Shown piece by piece: positions 23,498 to 34,640 of a stretch of DNA of 39,773 nucleotides (its first letter is position 1; each line of letters begins with the position of its first letter). The position numbers were made by a program, and so were the translations under genes. The notes below the pieces were generated by a model. That model saw only the letters and a program-made list of their open reading frames with translations, did no database searches and had not been told where the DNA came from. Origin of the DNA: Kofleriaceae bacterium (GTDB lineage: Bacteria > Myxococcota_A > Polyangia > Haliangiales > Haliangiaceae). Where the stretch lies: positions 1 to 39,773 of the forward strand of contig CBDCCZ010000002.1 in the NCBI GenBank assembly GCA_965215005.1, in the 5' to 3' direction.

Positions 23498-24805
23498 TCA
23501 GCTGCGCAGCTGCCAAACCAGCACCGCGGCAGCTAACAGCGTGAGAGCGGCTCCGACGGCCCCGAGCACGCCAAATCCCCGCCGGGGCGTGGTTGGCGTT
23601 AGCGACGGCGTTGCCGTCACCGCGGACGACTCTTCGTGCTGCGACTCATCGCTGCCGCTGCCTACCGCGGCGATCGCGGGCTCGGCGCTCGGCAGCTCGC
23701 CCCAGCTCACCGTCTCGATCAAGGTGCCATCGTCGCGAATCGCGGCGACCTCGATGAAGTCGCCGATGACATGGACCCGCAGGTAGTGGTTGACCCGCTC
23801 GAAGAACTTCGTGGCGTTCTCGTCGAGCTCGTCGGCGCGATGATCGCGTGGGTATAGCGGCGCGCCGCCACCGCCAGAGACGAAGTAGTGCACCTCGTCG
23901 ACCTCGGCGCGGCTGTAGACGTGGTCATGGCCCGAGAACACCGCGGCCACGCGGTACTTTTCATAGAGGGGCGTCCAACGCTCGCGCAGCTCACGCTGGC
24001 CACCGTGTAGCGAGATCGAATACGGCGGATGATGCATGGTCACGAAGATGTGACGGATGGTCGGGTCCAGACGCGCCGCCTGCAGCTGCTGCTCTATCCA
24101 AGCGGTTTGGTCGGTGAGCGAGAAGCTATAGGAGTTGCTGTCTAAGATGAGGAACCGCGCGTTGCCGTAGGTGAAGGCGTAGTAGCGCTCGGGGTCGGGC
24201 GAGTTCTCTGGCAACGCGAAGTACTTGCGAAAGTTATCCGCGGTGCGGCCGCGACCTTGGCGATCGTGATTGCCCACCGACGGAAACAACACGTTGTCGA
24301 CGAGCAGCTCGCGCTCGATGTCGAAGAAGTACTGCCACTCGTTGTCGCGACCGCCGTCATCGACCATGTCACCGGTGCCGAGGATGAAGTCGGGCACTTC
24401 TTGGGCGACGCGATCGACGACCCGTTGGTGCGCGCTCATGTTGGACCGATTGTCGCCAAACACCACGAAGCTAAACGGCGCATCGCCCACCGGTGCCGTC
24501 GCGAACTCGCCCTCCACGGTGTCGCCGCCGACGGTGACGGCGTAGCGATAGCGATGCCCAGGTTCGAGCTTGTCGACGCGGACCTCGTGGATCTCGGTTG
24601 CCTCTGATTCGAAGCGCCGCTCGGTGCCGAGCAGCTCCACGCGACCCGCGGTCGGTGGATCGGTCTCCCACATGATCGTGACCGACGATGTGGTCACGTT
24701 CTGCAGGTACGGGCCTTTGTCGAAGGCTTCGGCGCCCGCAAGACCGGTCGCCCCCAGGAGCACCATCGCGATCAGCAGAGCTCGGAATCCGGCCAGCGCC
24801 CCCAC
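23498..24805 (-). CDS. Secreted purple-acid-phosphatase-like metallophosphoesterase with a C-terminal membrane anchor
   Basis: Signal peptide; KGPYLQ FN3-like N-domain; GDNR, GDMVD, GNHD, HHPPY and SGHDHVYSR; S/T/P linker and C-terminal TM. Confidence 0.9.
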   Translation of the reverse strand: MGALAGFRALLIAMVLLGATGLAGAEAFDKGPYLQNVTTSSVTIMWETDPPTAGRVELLGTERRFESEATEIHEVRVDKLEPGHRYRYAVTVGGDTVEGEFATAPVGDAPFSFVVFGDNRSNMSAHQRVVDRVAQEVPDFILGTGDMVDDGGRDNEWQYFFDIERELLVDNVLFPSVGNHDRQGRGRTADNFRKYFALPENSPDPERYYAFTYGNARFLILDSNSYSFSLTDQTAWIEQQLQAARLDPTIRHIFVTMHHPPYSISLHGGQRELRERWTPLYEKYRVAAVFSGHDHVYSRAEVDEVHYFVSGGGGAPLYPRDHRADELDENATKFFERVNHYLRVHVIGDFIEVAAIRDDGTLIETVSWGELPSAEPAIAAVGSGSDESQHEESSAVTATPSLTPTTPRRGFGVLGAVGAALTLLAAAVLVWQLRS

Positions 24806-24865
24806 TGCCGCGATGATATCGGCGGCGGCAACGCAGGGGCAAGCGTTGGTGACGCGCGAGTGAAA

Positions 24866-27094
24866 CTACTGAGCGTAGCGCTCCCTGGCCAGCAGAGAGA
24901 TCGCATCGCGCGCGCTCTCCTCGATGTAGTGAAACTGGCGCTTCATGTTCTCTACCGTGGATTCGGCGCGCCGCCGGTCTTCTTCGCTCAGGCCGCCGCC
25001 GCCATCGGTGAGCCACACCAGGGTCTGCTCGATGCCCCGCTTGATGCGCTTGCGTTGAGCGCGGAAATACGCCTGCTGCAGGCGTTTGAACAGCTCGCGA
25101 AAGATCAGCGGATAGCTCGGCTTCTGCCCCGGATGATCGATGTACCACGCGCCGATCTTGGAAATGAGATCATGGCGGAAGTCGTCAGCCGGGGTGCCGA
25201 CATCGAGGGTGCGCTCGACCTCGCGCATCAGCCCTTCATCAGGATCCTCGAAGCGCCCCGTGGTCTCGTTGCGCACTTTCTCTTTCTTGGTCCAGTGCAT
25301 CACGTGGCTGATGTAGCGGTCAAAGACGCGCTGATATTCCGACTCCTCGACCAAACCCAAGGCAGTGCGGACCTCGTCGTCGATGCGATCGAGGAGTCGT
25401 CCGCGGACTTGATCGACGAACTTGCGATGATCGTGAAAGCCGCCGGGCAGCGAGTCCTGCTTGAGGAAGTCATAGACCGACACCTGCTTGATGAGCTCGA
25501 TGAGCTCATCGAGGATCGCGAGCGGCGAAACATAGCTGAAGCGCGTATCGTTGGCGGCGTTGAACAGCACCGCCAAGATCTCACGCGGCGAGGCGCCGGT
25601 GCGACCCTCGTAGTTGGGATACGAGTCCGACTCGTGCCATAGGTCGGCGAGATTGGCGGTGAGCTCCTTGGCCTGCGCTGCGGTTAGCGCCTCGGGCGCC
25701 CGGCCGAGCGCGTACAGCTCGGCCTTCTCCAGGGGCGCGAGCCGCGCGATGAGATCGCTTGCCTGCTTGGGGTAGCGATCGGCTTGCGGCTTGCGCATGC
25801 GCGTGAGCACCCCCCACAGCGCCGCAACATAGGCGCAATGCGGCGCAACGTGTCGTCGACCCGCGGCTTCGCGAATCTTCTGCTGGTAGATCTTCTCCTC
25901 TTGTGCAAAGTCGAGAAGATACGGCACACGCACGAGCTCGAGCCGCCCGCGAAACGATTGAAACTCGGGAATCTCTTTGAAAGCCGACAGGTGGATTTCG
26001 TTGGAGGAGCCGAGGAACACCAGGTCGAGAAACAAGTTGGCGTTCTGCAGGCTCACGCTCGCGCGCTCGACGGTGCCGAGCAGGTACTTGTAGGCCTCGA
26101 GTGGCCGCTTGAGCAGATCCGAATATTCGATGAGTCCGCGGTTGCCGTTGACCAGCTCACCGCCGTACTCGAACAAGCTCACCGACTGCAACGCCGCCGG
26201 CAACGCCGCGATCGAGCGATCCACGGTGATCTGCCGCTCGCTAACGTCGACCGACAGCTGCGGCTCGACCGTAGCGTAGCCCTCGCGGTAGCGATGCTGC
26301 ACGAAGAAGCGCTCGACCTGAACGTGCCGCAGAACCTTGAGATAGTCGCCCTGGTAGCTCGCGAGCAAGGCTTCGTAGATAGTGCGATTTTTGTGCGACA
26401 GGCGGCCGAACTGCAGGTAATCGGAGAGCACGAACTCGTGGCCGCGCAGGACGTTGTTGAGGAACGCTTTGCGCTTCTTGGGCGGCAGTAACAGACACGG
26501 ATGATCGCGCAGCTCGTCCGGCAGCTTGGCGTCGATCATTTCATCGGGCAGATAGGCAAACGTGTCGCCGGCCTTCTCGCCGCTCAGGGGATTGCCAAAG
26601 CCGATGCCGGTCTTGGAGATCTTCTGCGCCGGCAAGATCCAGTTGAAACGATAGAGCGCGCCCTCCGGCAGCGTCGAGTAGTGCTGCAACGCGCGACCGA
26701 TGCAACGAATGAACGTCGACTTGGCCGAGCCGTTCGGCCCGTGCAGCAGCACCAGCTTGTTGGCGGTGCCCTCATGCACGAAGTTGCCGAGCGCCCGATA
26801 GACGCGATTTTGCACCTCTTCCTGGCCAATGAGCCGATCGCGGCCATCGGCCCAGGGGCAGTCGAACAGGCGAAAGCGGCGCATCTCCCCCCATGGGTAG
26901 TGCACGGTTTCGCTGCCGTAGTGTTTGAAACAATCGAGGACGTACTGCGGTGCCGAGCGTAGCTGCTGCGTCGGATGACTCGCGGCTAGATCGAGGTACT
27001 CGGCAAATGACATCACCCGGCGGTTCTGGGCGAAGTCGTCGCGGATCGACTCCCCGAGCGAGGCGAGGAGCTCGCGCGCGTCGGTATCGCTCAT
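24866..27094 (-). CDS. prkA: PrkA/YeaG-family AAA+ serine protein kinase
   Basis: LLHGPNGSAKST Walker A, GEL..GNRGLIEYSDLLKRP, SSNE and G.SPRE. Confidence 0.9.
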   Translation of the reverse strand: MSDTDARELLASLGESIRDDFAQNRRVMSFAEYLDLAASHPTQQLRSAPQYVLDCFKHYGSETVHYPWGEMRRFRLFDCPWADGRDRLIGQEEVQNRVYRALGNFVHEGTANKLVLLHGPNGSAKSTFIRCIGRALQHYSTLPEGALYRFNWILPAQKISKTGIGFGNPLSGEKAGDTFAYLPDEMIDAKLPDELRDHPCLLLPPKKRKAFLNNVLRGHEFVLSDYLQFGRLSHKNRTIYEALLASYQGDYLKVLRHVQVERFFVQHRYREGYATVEPQLSVDVSERQITVDRSIAALPAALQSVSLFEYGGELVNGNRGLIEYSDLLKRPLEAYKYLLGTVERASVSLQNANLFLDLVFLGSSNEIHLSAFKEIPEFQSFRGRLELVRVPYLLDFAQEEKIYQQKIREAAGRRHVAPHCAYVAALWGVLTRMRKPQADRYPKQASDLIARLAPLEKAELYALGRAPEALTAAQAKELTANLADLWHESDSYPNYEGRTGASPREILAVLFNAANDTRFSYVSPLAILDELIELIKQVSVYDFLKQDSLPGGFHDHRKFVDQVRGRLLDRIDDEVRTALGLVEESEYQRVFDRYISHVMHWTKKEKVRNETTGRFEDPDEGLMREVERTLDVGTPADDFRHDLISKIGAWYIDHPGQKPSYPLIFRELFKRLQQAYFRAQRKRIKRGIEQTLVWLTDGGGGLSEEDRRRAESTVENMKRQFHYIEESARDAISLLARERYAQ

Positions 27095-27194
27095 GAGTCT
27101 TAGAATACTCCGGCGAACCGGGGCGTGTAACCCGCCGCGCCCAGAGCTTTGCGTTCACATGCGCGAAAAGACGCTGGCGTCCGCCTCAGGGCGG

Positions 27195-27860
27195 CTACTT
27201 CACGTCGACGACCCAGGCGAGCTTCTCTTTCTTGGGATCGCACGTGGCGTCGGTGCAGACCGCAAACTTGAAGTCGGCCTCGAACGTCTTGCTGCCCGCG
27301 GAGGCCGGCGTAAAGACGACGTCAAACACCGCTCGATGCGCGTCAAAGGTGGTGGCATCGGCGGCAAGCAGCGTTGGCTTGGCGATAGAAACGCCGCTCG
27401 GGGGCTCGATCTTCAGCTTGGTTGGAAAGTCCTTGTTCATCTTCCAGCCGGCCTTCGGCACCACCGACACCGTCACCTTGCTCGCGCTGGCGGCCTTGGC
27501 AGTGTTTGGCGCGACGACGGTGATGGCATAGGCGTCGCCGTCGATGGTGGTCGTGGCAGCGGCCTCGGCAGGAGCTTGCGGCGGGCGGGCCGCGACGCTC
27601 GGCACCGCGCCCGCTCTTGGAACCGGCGCTGCCGAAGCGGGAATGGCCACCTCGCCACCATGCTGCGGCGGCTCCCCCAGGTCATCGGGGAGCTCGGGCA
27701 GAGGCTCTACGGCGGCGTTAGGTGCGGCCGCTGGAGGTGCCTGTGCTACATCGGTGGCCAAGGCCGGCGTCGCGGTCGCCTCGTCTTTGCTACAGGCCGG
27801 CGCCATCAGCGCGAAGCCGGCGATGAGCACGGCGAGTTGTTTGCATCCATTCGATTTCAT
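27195..27860 (-). CDS. Lipoprotein with an Ala/Pro linker and a DsbD-N-like beta domain
   Basis: GGAGGG RBS; signal ending APAC; PKAGWKMNKDFP and FAVCTDATC (Cx4C) resemble the DsbD-N/DsbC Ig-like domain. Confidence 0.65.
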   Translation of the reverse strand: MKSNGCKQLAVLIAGFALMAPACSKDEATATPALATDVAQAPPAAAPNAAVEPLPELPDDLGEPPQHGGEVAIPASAAPVPRAGAVPSVAARPPQAPAEAAATTTIDGDAYAITVVAPNTAKAASASKVTVSVVPKAGWKMNKDFPTKLKIEPPSGVSIAKPTLLAADATTFDAHRAVFDVVFTPASAGSKTFEADFKFAVCTDATCDPKKEKLAWVVDVK

Positions 27861-27985
27861 TCCCAATACCCTCCGGTCGTAGAGCTCGATGAGTATAGAC
27901 CCGGGCGCCGGCCAGCGCATTCCCCCGCGAGAAGGTGGAAGACGGCTTTGCGTTGCAGCCGGTTTCTTCGCTACGATTTACCTGC

Positions 27986-29329
<1,344 letters not shown>

Positions 29330-29343
29330 CGCGGCAGTCACTC

Positions 29344-29802
29344 ATGGGGCTATTCGAAGATCAACGGGAACCCATCGCCGCTTCGACGCGCGCGCTCGTC
29401 GAGAGCGTGCTCACGGAGTGCGGCCACTCGCCAGCGGCCCTTCTGGTGACGGTTCCCGGCACGCTGCAGGCTTGGAGCTTGCCTGGAGCCGCGAGCACCG
29501 TGCAGGTGAGTCTGGTCGACCACGACTCGCTGATCACCCTGCGGGTGGTGTCCCCGCTGCTGCGCATCGCGCCAATCACCGAGCCCCGCGCGTTGTTTCA
29601 GCGGCTCTTGGAGCTCAACGGACGGCGCCTGCTAGGGGTTGCCTTTGCGCTGCGCGGCGACGAAGTATGGCTGGTGAGCGAGCGCTCTACGATCGACCTG
29701 GATCGCAGCGAGATTCACGATGCGATCGCACGCGTGCAGCGCTACGCCGAAACCTTCACCGCCGCTCTACTCGAAGAGTTCGGCGGCACCTCGCCCCGCT
29801 GA
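29344..29802 (+). CDS. YbjN / CesT-like chaperone-fold protein
   Basis: LRVVSPLL, LFQRLLELN, AFAL..D.V.L..ER...DLD..E and A......L..EFG. Confidence 0.75.
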   Translation: MGLFEDQREPIAASTRALVESVLTECGHSPAALLVTVPGTLQAWSLPGAASTVQVSLVDHDSLITLRVVSPLLRIAPITEPRALFQRLLELNGRRLLGVAFALRGDEVWLVSERSTIDLDRSEIHDAIARVQRYAETFTAALLEEFGGTSPR

Positions 29803-29805
29803 ACC

Positions 29806-30078
29806 TCAAACGCTGCGGCGCCGCTCGACCTCGCGCCCGCGCGGCCCCTCATCCAGGCTTACGCCGGTGAGGACGTTGGGGCACAACGCCAGCTCCTTGA
29901 GCTCGAAGAGGATGTTGCCCTTGGAGTCGACGAGCTGGGCGTTGGCGAGCTTGACGAACTCCACCGGGCCGTCGCTCGGTAGGCACTGCGCCAGGTATCC
30001 GACGACGCGCGCGCCGGTGTCGTACTCGACGGCGACCCGATGGCTGAGCAGGTCGCGGAGCTTGGAGTAGTCAGGCAT
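29806..30078 (-). CDS. Small protein, possible Sm/LSm-like fold
   Basis: 90 aa with strong GC3 bias. Helix followed by V.VEY.TG..V.GYL...FV.L.NA, similar to the Sm1 pattern. Confidence 0.6.
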   Translation of the reverse strand: MPDYSKLRDLLSHRVAVEYDTGARVVGYLAQCLPSDGPVEFVKLANAQLVDSKGNILFELKELALCPNVLTGVSLDEGPRGREVERRRSV

Positions 30079-30103
30079 GGGACGGCCTCTATACCATGGC
30101 CTC

Positions 30104-30755
30104 ATGAGCGATCGCACGGTGCTGGCGCTGGGTGAGACACGGACAATCCTTTGGCAATGTCGAGGGTCGCTTCGGCGGTCATGGTCCTACCGAGCTAACC
30201 GAGCTCGGCCATCGTCAAGCACGTCGCACTGGCGAGGCGCTCGCAGCGAGCTTCGAAGCCACCGCTCTGGTGTCGAGCGATCTGCCGCGCGCGCGGCAGA
30301 CCGTCGCGCCGATCGCCGCGGCCACCGGACTCGAGGTGCAATATCAGCAAGGCCTGCGCGAGCGCAGCTTGGGGATCTTCGATGACCTGTTGTTCACCGA
30401 GGCCGAGGCCCGCTATCCCGAGCACTGGAGCCGCTTGATGAGTCGCGAGCCCGACGTCTGCCCGCCCAACGGCGAGCTCATCGACGCGGTCTTCAACCGC
30501 GTCGGCCAAGCCATCGATGCCATCGTCGCAGCAAACCCCGGCGGACGCGTCATCGTCGTGTCTCATGGCTTGGCCATGTTTCACGCGTTCGCGCACATCT
30601 GCGGCATGGGGTGCCCGAGCAGCCCGCGGGTGTTCCTTCTCGTCGACAACTGCTCCATCTCGCTTTACGAGCACGCGAGCTTTGGCTGGCGCATTCGGCA
30701 GATCAACGACACCTCGCACCTGGCCGAGCTCGAGACAGCGGTGCCGAGCGGGTAA
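30104..30755 (+). CDS. Histidine phosphatase (phosphoglycerate mutase family) with a +1 frameshift near 30130-30132
   Basis: MSDRTVLAL joins VRHGQS if one G is removed. Contains SSDLPRARQT, LRERSLG, VSHG, DNCSIS and NDTSHL. Confidence 0.88.
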
Positions 30756-30797
30756 GCTATCAGGCCGCGTCGCGCGCGGCCTTGGCGGCACTGGCGA

Positions 30798-31436
30798 CTA
30801 CTGCACCACGGTGTCGAGCTCGAGCTTGAGGTTCTCGGCTGGAATGGTCGCGCGGACGCTGCCGGTGAGGTCCCCGGGCGACTTGCTGATCGCGTCCTGG
30901 TCCTGGTCGGTCCAGGCGGTGATGACCACCTCGCCGCTGAAATCGGTGCCACCGATCATCTGCTGCTCTTCGGAGATGTGGAACCACAGCGGCCAGTTGG
31001 CCTCCAGTCGCTCGACGGCCAGCGGCATTCCGGTTGGCTCGCCGGTCTTGGGATCGGGGCGCTTGACGCTCACGAACACCACGCTACCGGCTTTGATCGT
31101 ATCGCGCAGTCCGGCGGCGGGTTGGATGGTGCCCTTGAGGAACTTGCTGCTGTCGCGCGCCCGTGCCGGATCCGGCGGCGGCAGTCCCATCGCAGCAACG
31201 TCGACGCCGGTGGGATCCGCCATCCCGGCGTGGGGATCGGCCATTCCGCCGTGAGGCCCGCCATGCGGATTTCCCATCCCGGCGTGCGGGTCGCCCATGC
31301 CGCCTTGCGGTATCGCTGGCGCCGAGGCCGGATCGCGCCAGTCTTGGGCTGGCGGCAGCCCTGCGCTGGAGTCCTTGGATTCCTTGCTGCAGCCGGCGAC
31401 CGTGGCAATCGCGGCGAAGAGCACGAGGGTACGCAT
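30798..31436 (-). CDS. Lipoprotein with His/Met-rich repeats and a CcmI/CycH C-terminal-like domain
   Basis: Lipobox VAGC; DPHAGM repeats; VFVSVK...GMPLAV.RL...PL.F.IS....M.GG...VVITA..D.D.DA....GDL.G. Confidence 0.7.
   Translation of the reverse strand: MRTLVLFAAIATVAGCSKESKDSSAGLPPAQDWRDPASAPAIPQGGMGDPHAGMGNPHGGPHGGMADPHAGMADPTGVDVAAMGLPPPDPARARDSSKFLKGTIQPAAGLRDTIKAGSVVFVSVKRPDPKTGEPTGMPLAVERLEANWPLWFHISEEQQMIGGTDFSGEVVITAWTDQDQDAISKSPGDLTGSVRATIPAENLKLELDTVVQ
31210..31302 (-). repeat. Coding tandem repeat (G/A-D/N-P-H-A/G-G-M)n
   Basis: Encodes GMGDPHAGMGNPHGGPHGGMADPHAGMADP. The DNA unit ccatcccggcgtg occurs twice. Confidence 0.75.
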
Positions 31437-31486
31437 GGCCCCAACTGTAAACCCAAACCGCCGCGCGGCCACCTCATCCCGCGCCA

Positions 31487-32143
31487 TCACGTGCACGAAA
31501 AATACACATCGGAGCGCACCTTGCGCCAGCGCGACTCGCGCACCCAATAGTCGAGGCAATAGGGCGACACTGCGCCGCCTGCGGCCTTGCTGCCGATCCT
31601 CGGCGGCGGCGTGCGAGAACATTGATAGGCGGTGACGAGGACATCGGCCGTGCCATCGCCATCCGCGTCGAACGCAAGCCAGGCCTTCTCGTCGGGATTG
31701 CCGCTAGGCGAGGACAAGGTGTAGGGACTGGGAACGAAGTGTCCGCGGCCGCGGCTGCTCTGGTCCATTCCGAACACGGCAATGGTGAGCCCGAACGTAT
31801 AGGGATCGATGCGGCCTTTGGTTTCGATTGCGCGATAATCCACGTCCCACGCCGATTCGCTGCCGCAGGTGTCTTGCACGCTGGCTTCCACCGCGACCAG
31901 CTCGCCGCGACCGCGATAGCCCTGCTCGTTATAGAGTTGCACCTCGTCGCCAACCCTTGGCGCACCGCCGTAGCAGGTGCCACGCCACGTATCCGGTTCG
32001 GTAATCGGGCAGAATCGCAACGCCGCGCGCGGGCTCACGCGCGGCCGCTCGAGAACCGAGATCTTGCCGCGGCGTATCGGCTGGGCCGCTGCGGCGGCAG
32101 CGACGGCGATCGTGGCCACGATGATAAAAAGCCTGCCGCGCAT
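31487..32143 (-). CDS. Secreted hypothetical protein with a DxDxDG Ca-binding-like loop
   Basis: Signal peptide MRGRLFIIVATIAVAAAAAAQ; DADGDGTADV; six Cys. Confidence 0.65.
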   Translation of the reverse strand: MRGRLFIIVATIAVAAAAAAQPIRRGKISVLERPRVSPRAALRFCPITEPDTWRGTCYGGAPRVGDEVQLYNEQGYRGRGELVAVEASVQDTCGSESAWDVDYRAIETKGRIDPYTFGLTIAVFGMDQSSRGRGHFVPSPYTLSSPSGNPDEKAWLAFDADGDGTADVLVTAYQCSRTPPPRIGSKAAGGAVSPYCLDYWVRESRWRKVRSDVYFSCT

Positions 32144-32278
32144 ACCGCGTTCAAGTATTGCGCAGGCGCGCCCCGATGCCGAGACCGGTGCCGAAAATCG
32201 CTTGCCGAGCTCGAGGCCGCGCGGGTTCATGCGCGAAAGATCGCGCCTTTGTGGACCTGTTCTGCTAGAAGGGCGGCG

Positions 32279-33871
32279 ATGGGTTCGGCCCAATGGAACG
32301 CGCAGGAGACAGCCCGCCAGCTGCTCGCCGCTGAAGACGGCACCATCCGCAAGGATGCACCGCGTCGCGTCGCGTTGGTCTATCCCAGCCCCTATCGCAC
32401 CGCGATGTCCTCGCTGGGCTATCAGCAGATTTACCGGCTTCTCAACGCCCAGCCCGGGGTCGCCGCCGATCGCGCGGTGCTACCCGACGATCCGATCGCG
32501 TACCGCGAGAGCGGCATTCCGCTGCTTACCCTCGAGCGCGAAGAGCCGGTGGGAAACTACCCGCTGCTGGCGTTCTCGGTCGCCTATGAGCTCGAGATTG
32601 CCGGCGTCATCGATTGCCTCGAGCTAGCTGGAATTCCAGCCTTGGCAGCTGACCGCGGCCCTCATCATCCTCTGGTCATCGCCGGCGGCCCGCTCACCTT
32701 CTCCAACCCCGCGCCGCTCGCGCCGTTCTTCGACGTGATCTGTTTGGGCGAGGGCGAAGAGCTGATTTTTCAGCTCCTCGACCAACTCGATGCGACCGGC
32801 GATCGCGAGCGTGTCATCACCGCGCTGTCCGGCCAGCCCGGCTTCTACGTGCCCACCCACGATGGCGACCGCGTGCCCGCCATCGCTCGCGCCGCCGACG
32901 CGCTATTGCCAGCGCGTTCGCAAATCATCACCGCCAATACCGAGCTGTCGTCGATGTTTCTCACCGAGGCGGTTCGCGGTTGCTCGCGCGGCTGTACCTA
33001 CTGCGTCATGCGGCGCTCGACCAATGGCGGCATGCGCATGGTCGCGCCGGCAACTCTCATCGCGGGCATTCCGCATAGCGCCCGCCGCGTGGGTCTGGTG
33101 GGCGCTTCGGTCACCGACCATCCGCGCATTCACGAAATCGTGCGCGGCGTCGTCGACAGCGGTCGCGAGGTGGGAATTTCATCGCTGCGCGCCGATAAGC
33201 TCGACGACGAGCTGGTGGGGCTCCTGGCCCGCGGCGGCTATCGCACCCTCACCGTAGCCGCCGACGGCGCCTCCGAACGCATGCGTCGCGTGGTCGAGCG
33301 CAGCACCACCGAAGCGCATCTGTTGCGAACGGCGGAGCTCGGAAAGCGCCATGGAATGCACACCGTCAAGATCTACTTGATGGTGGGCGTGCCCGAAGAG
33401 ACCGACGCGGACATCGACGAGCTGGTGCGCTTTAGCCGCGAGCTGCACGCGGCGCATCCGCGTATCGCGTTTGGCGTGGCGCCGTTCGTCGCCAAGCGCA
33501 ACACGCCCCTCGATGGCACCGCATTCGCGGGCATCGACGTCGTCGAACGGCGGCTCAAGCAGCTGCGCAAGGGCCTCGCCGGCTGCGCGACGGTGCGGCC
33601 CACCTCGGCGCGCTGGGCCTGGGTCGAGTACATGCTGGCGCAGGGCACCGCGGAGGCCGGTCTGGCAGTGCTCGACGCGCATCGCGCGGGCGGCAGCTTT
33701 GCCGCCTATAAGCGCGCCTTCGCGAGTCGCGGTTGCGAGCCCACCGGTCCCGTCGCTCGGGTGCCGTCGACCTCCGAGCTCATCGCCTTGCGGCGCCGAA
33801 CCCGTGGTCACGGCGCCAGCGCGCTTGCGACGCAATCCGACGCGAGTGGAGGTGTGCGGTTCGAGGGGTAG
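32279..33871 (+). CDS. Radical SAM protein with an N-terminal B12-binding-like domain
   Basis: YPSPY..AMSSLG.Q, FSVAYEL, IAGGP...SNP.P, GEGEE and RGCSRGCTYC (Cx3Cx2C). The real start is ATG 32279, not 31622. Confidence 0.9.
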   Translation: MGSAQWNAQETARQLLAAEDGTIRKDAPRRVALVYPSPYRTAMSSLGYQQIYRLLNAQPGVAADRAVLPDDPIAYRESGIPLLTLEREEPVGNYPLLAFSVAYELEIAGVIDCLELAGIPALAADRGPHHPLVIAGGPLTFSNPAPLAPFFDVICLGEGEELIFQLLDQLDATGDRERVITALSGQPGFYVPTHDGDRVPAIARAADALLPARSQIITANTELSSMFLTEAVRGCSRGCTYCVMRRSTNGGMRMVAPATLIAGIPHSARRVGLVGASVTDHPRIHEIVRGVVDSGREVGISSLRADKLDDELVGLLARGGYRTLTVAADGASERMRRVVERSTTEAHLLRTAELGKRHGMHTVKIYLMVGVPEETDADIDELVRFSRELHAAHPRIAFGVAPFVAKRNTPLDGTAFAGIDVVERRLKQLRKGLAGCATVRPTSARWAWVEYMLAQGTAEAGLAVLDAHRAGGSFAAYKRAFASRGCEPTGPVARVPSTSELIALRRRTRGHGASALATQSDASGGVRFEG

Positions 33872-34043
33872 GACGGGCTCGCGTGCTTCGTGATGCGATC
33901 ATTGCAAGCGCCGGTGCGGGACAAGGGCTATTCGCTGCTCATGCCTCACGATCTGCCACTACCTCAGCGATTGCTGCGCTACCTCGTACACCGCTAGGAA
34001 GCGACCTTTGCACCGCCGTTGGCAGCGGCGGCCCTGTGGCTTC

Positions 34044-34640
34044 ATGATGCTCTCTCAGAGCGCGATCGAGCTCCTCGGTGATCATTGCGACCTCGCCGAG
34101 CGCGTGCAGGCGATTCCGCCCTCGGCACGGGTTCGCGGGATGTATTTCCGCAGCGTCGAGAATGAGCTGTCGCGGCGTCAGCTCATCGAGCTGTATCGGC
34201 AGCTGTTTCCGAGTGAGCAGCGCGACGTGTTTTCCTGGTATCCGCTGAGCGACTACCTCGTGCGCCTCGCTACGGCGGGCGCACTGGTGGCCACCCCACC
34301 GCGCGTCCATCAGGGTATGTACGAGCTCTCGCGTGCCAACGCCACGGCGTTCGCGGGCACCGTCCTCGGCCGCACTCTCATCCGGCTGTTGTCGCGCGAT
34401 CCCGTCCGGCTCACCGAGCAAGGCCTCGCGGCACGGCGACAGACATTTAACTACGGCAGCTGGAGCTTGGCGCGCCGCAGCCCGCGCGAAATCGAAATGA
34501 TTTATCGCAGCGAGTACCTGTGGCTGGAGTCGGCCGTGGCCGGCGCCGCGCATGGCACGTTCGAAGCCTGCGGTCTGTCTCCCGAGCTGGAAACCCAGCT
34601 CGAAGACCGCTTCAACGGCTCCACCATCGTCCGCTGGTAA
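34044..34640 (+). CDS. DUF2378 / TIGR02265-like Myxococcales protein
   Basis: VRGMYF, FSWYPL.DY, F..TVLGRTL..L...DP and NYG motifs. Confidence 0.8.
   Translation: MMLSQSAIELLGDHCDLAERVQAIPPSARVRGMYFRSVENELSRRQLIELYRQLFPSEQRDVFSWYPLSDYLVRLATAGALVATPPRVHQGMYELSRANATAFAGTVLGRTLIRLLSRDPVRLTEQGLAARRQTFNYGSWSLARRSPREIEMIYRSEYLWLESAVAGAAHGTFEACGLSPELETQLEDRFNGSTIVRW

Noticed and set aside
29344..29802. Type III secretion system inferred from the CesT-like protein
   Set aside because: No T3SS structural genes are in the window, and the YbjN/CesT fold is widespread outside T3SS.
31622..32278. N-terminal 219 aa of the 749-aa ORF, suggesting a large radical SAM fusion
   Set aside because: It is the antisense shadow of the 31487-32143 gene. 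Radical SAM family sequence starts at ATG 32279.
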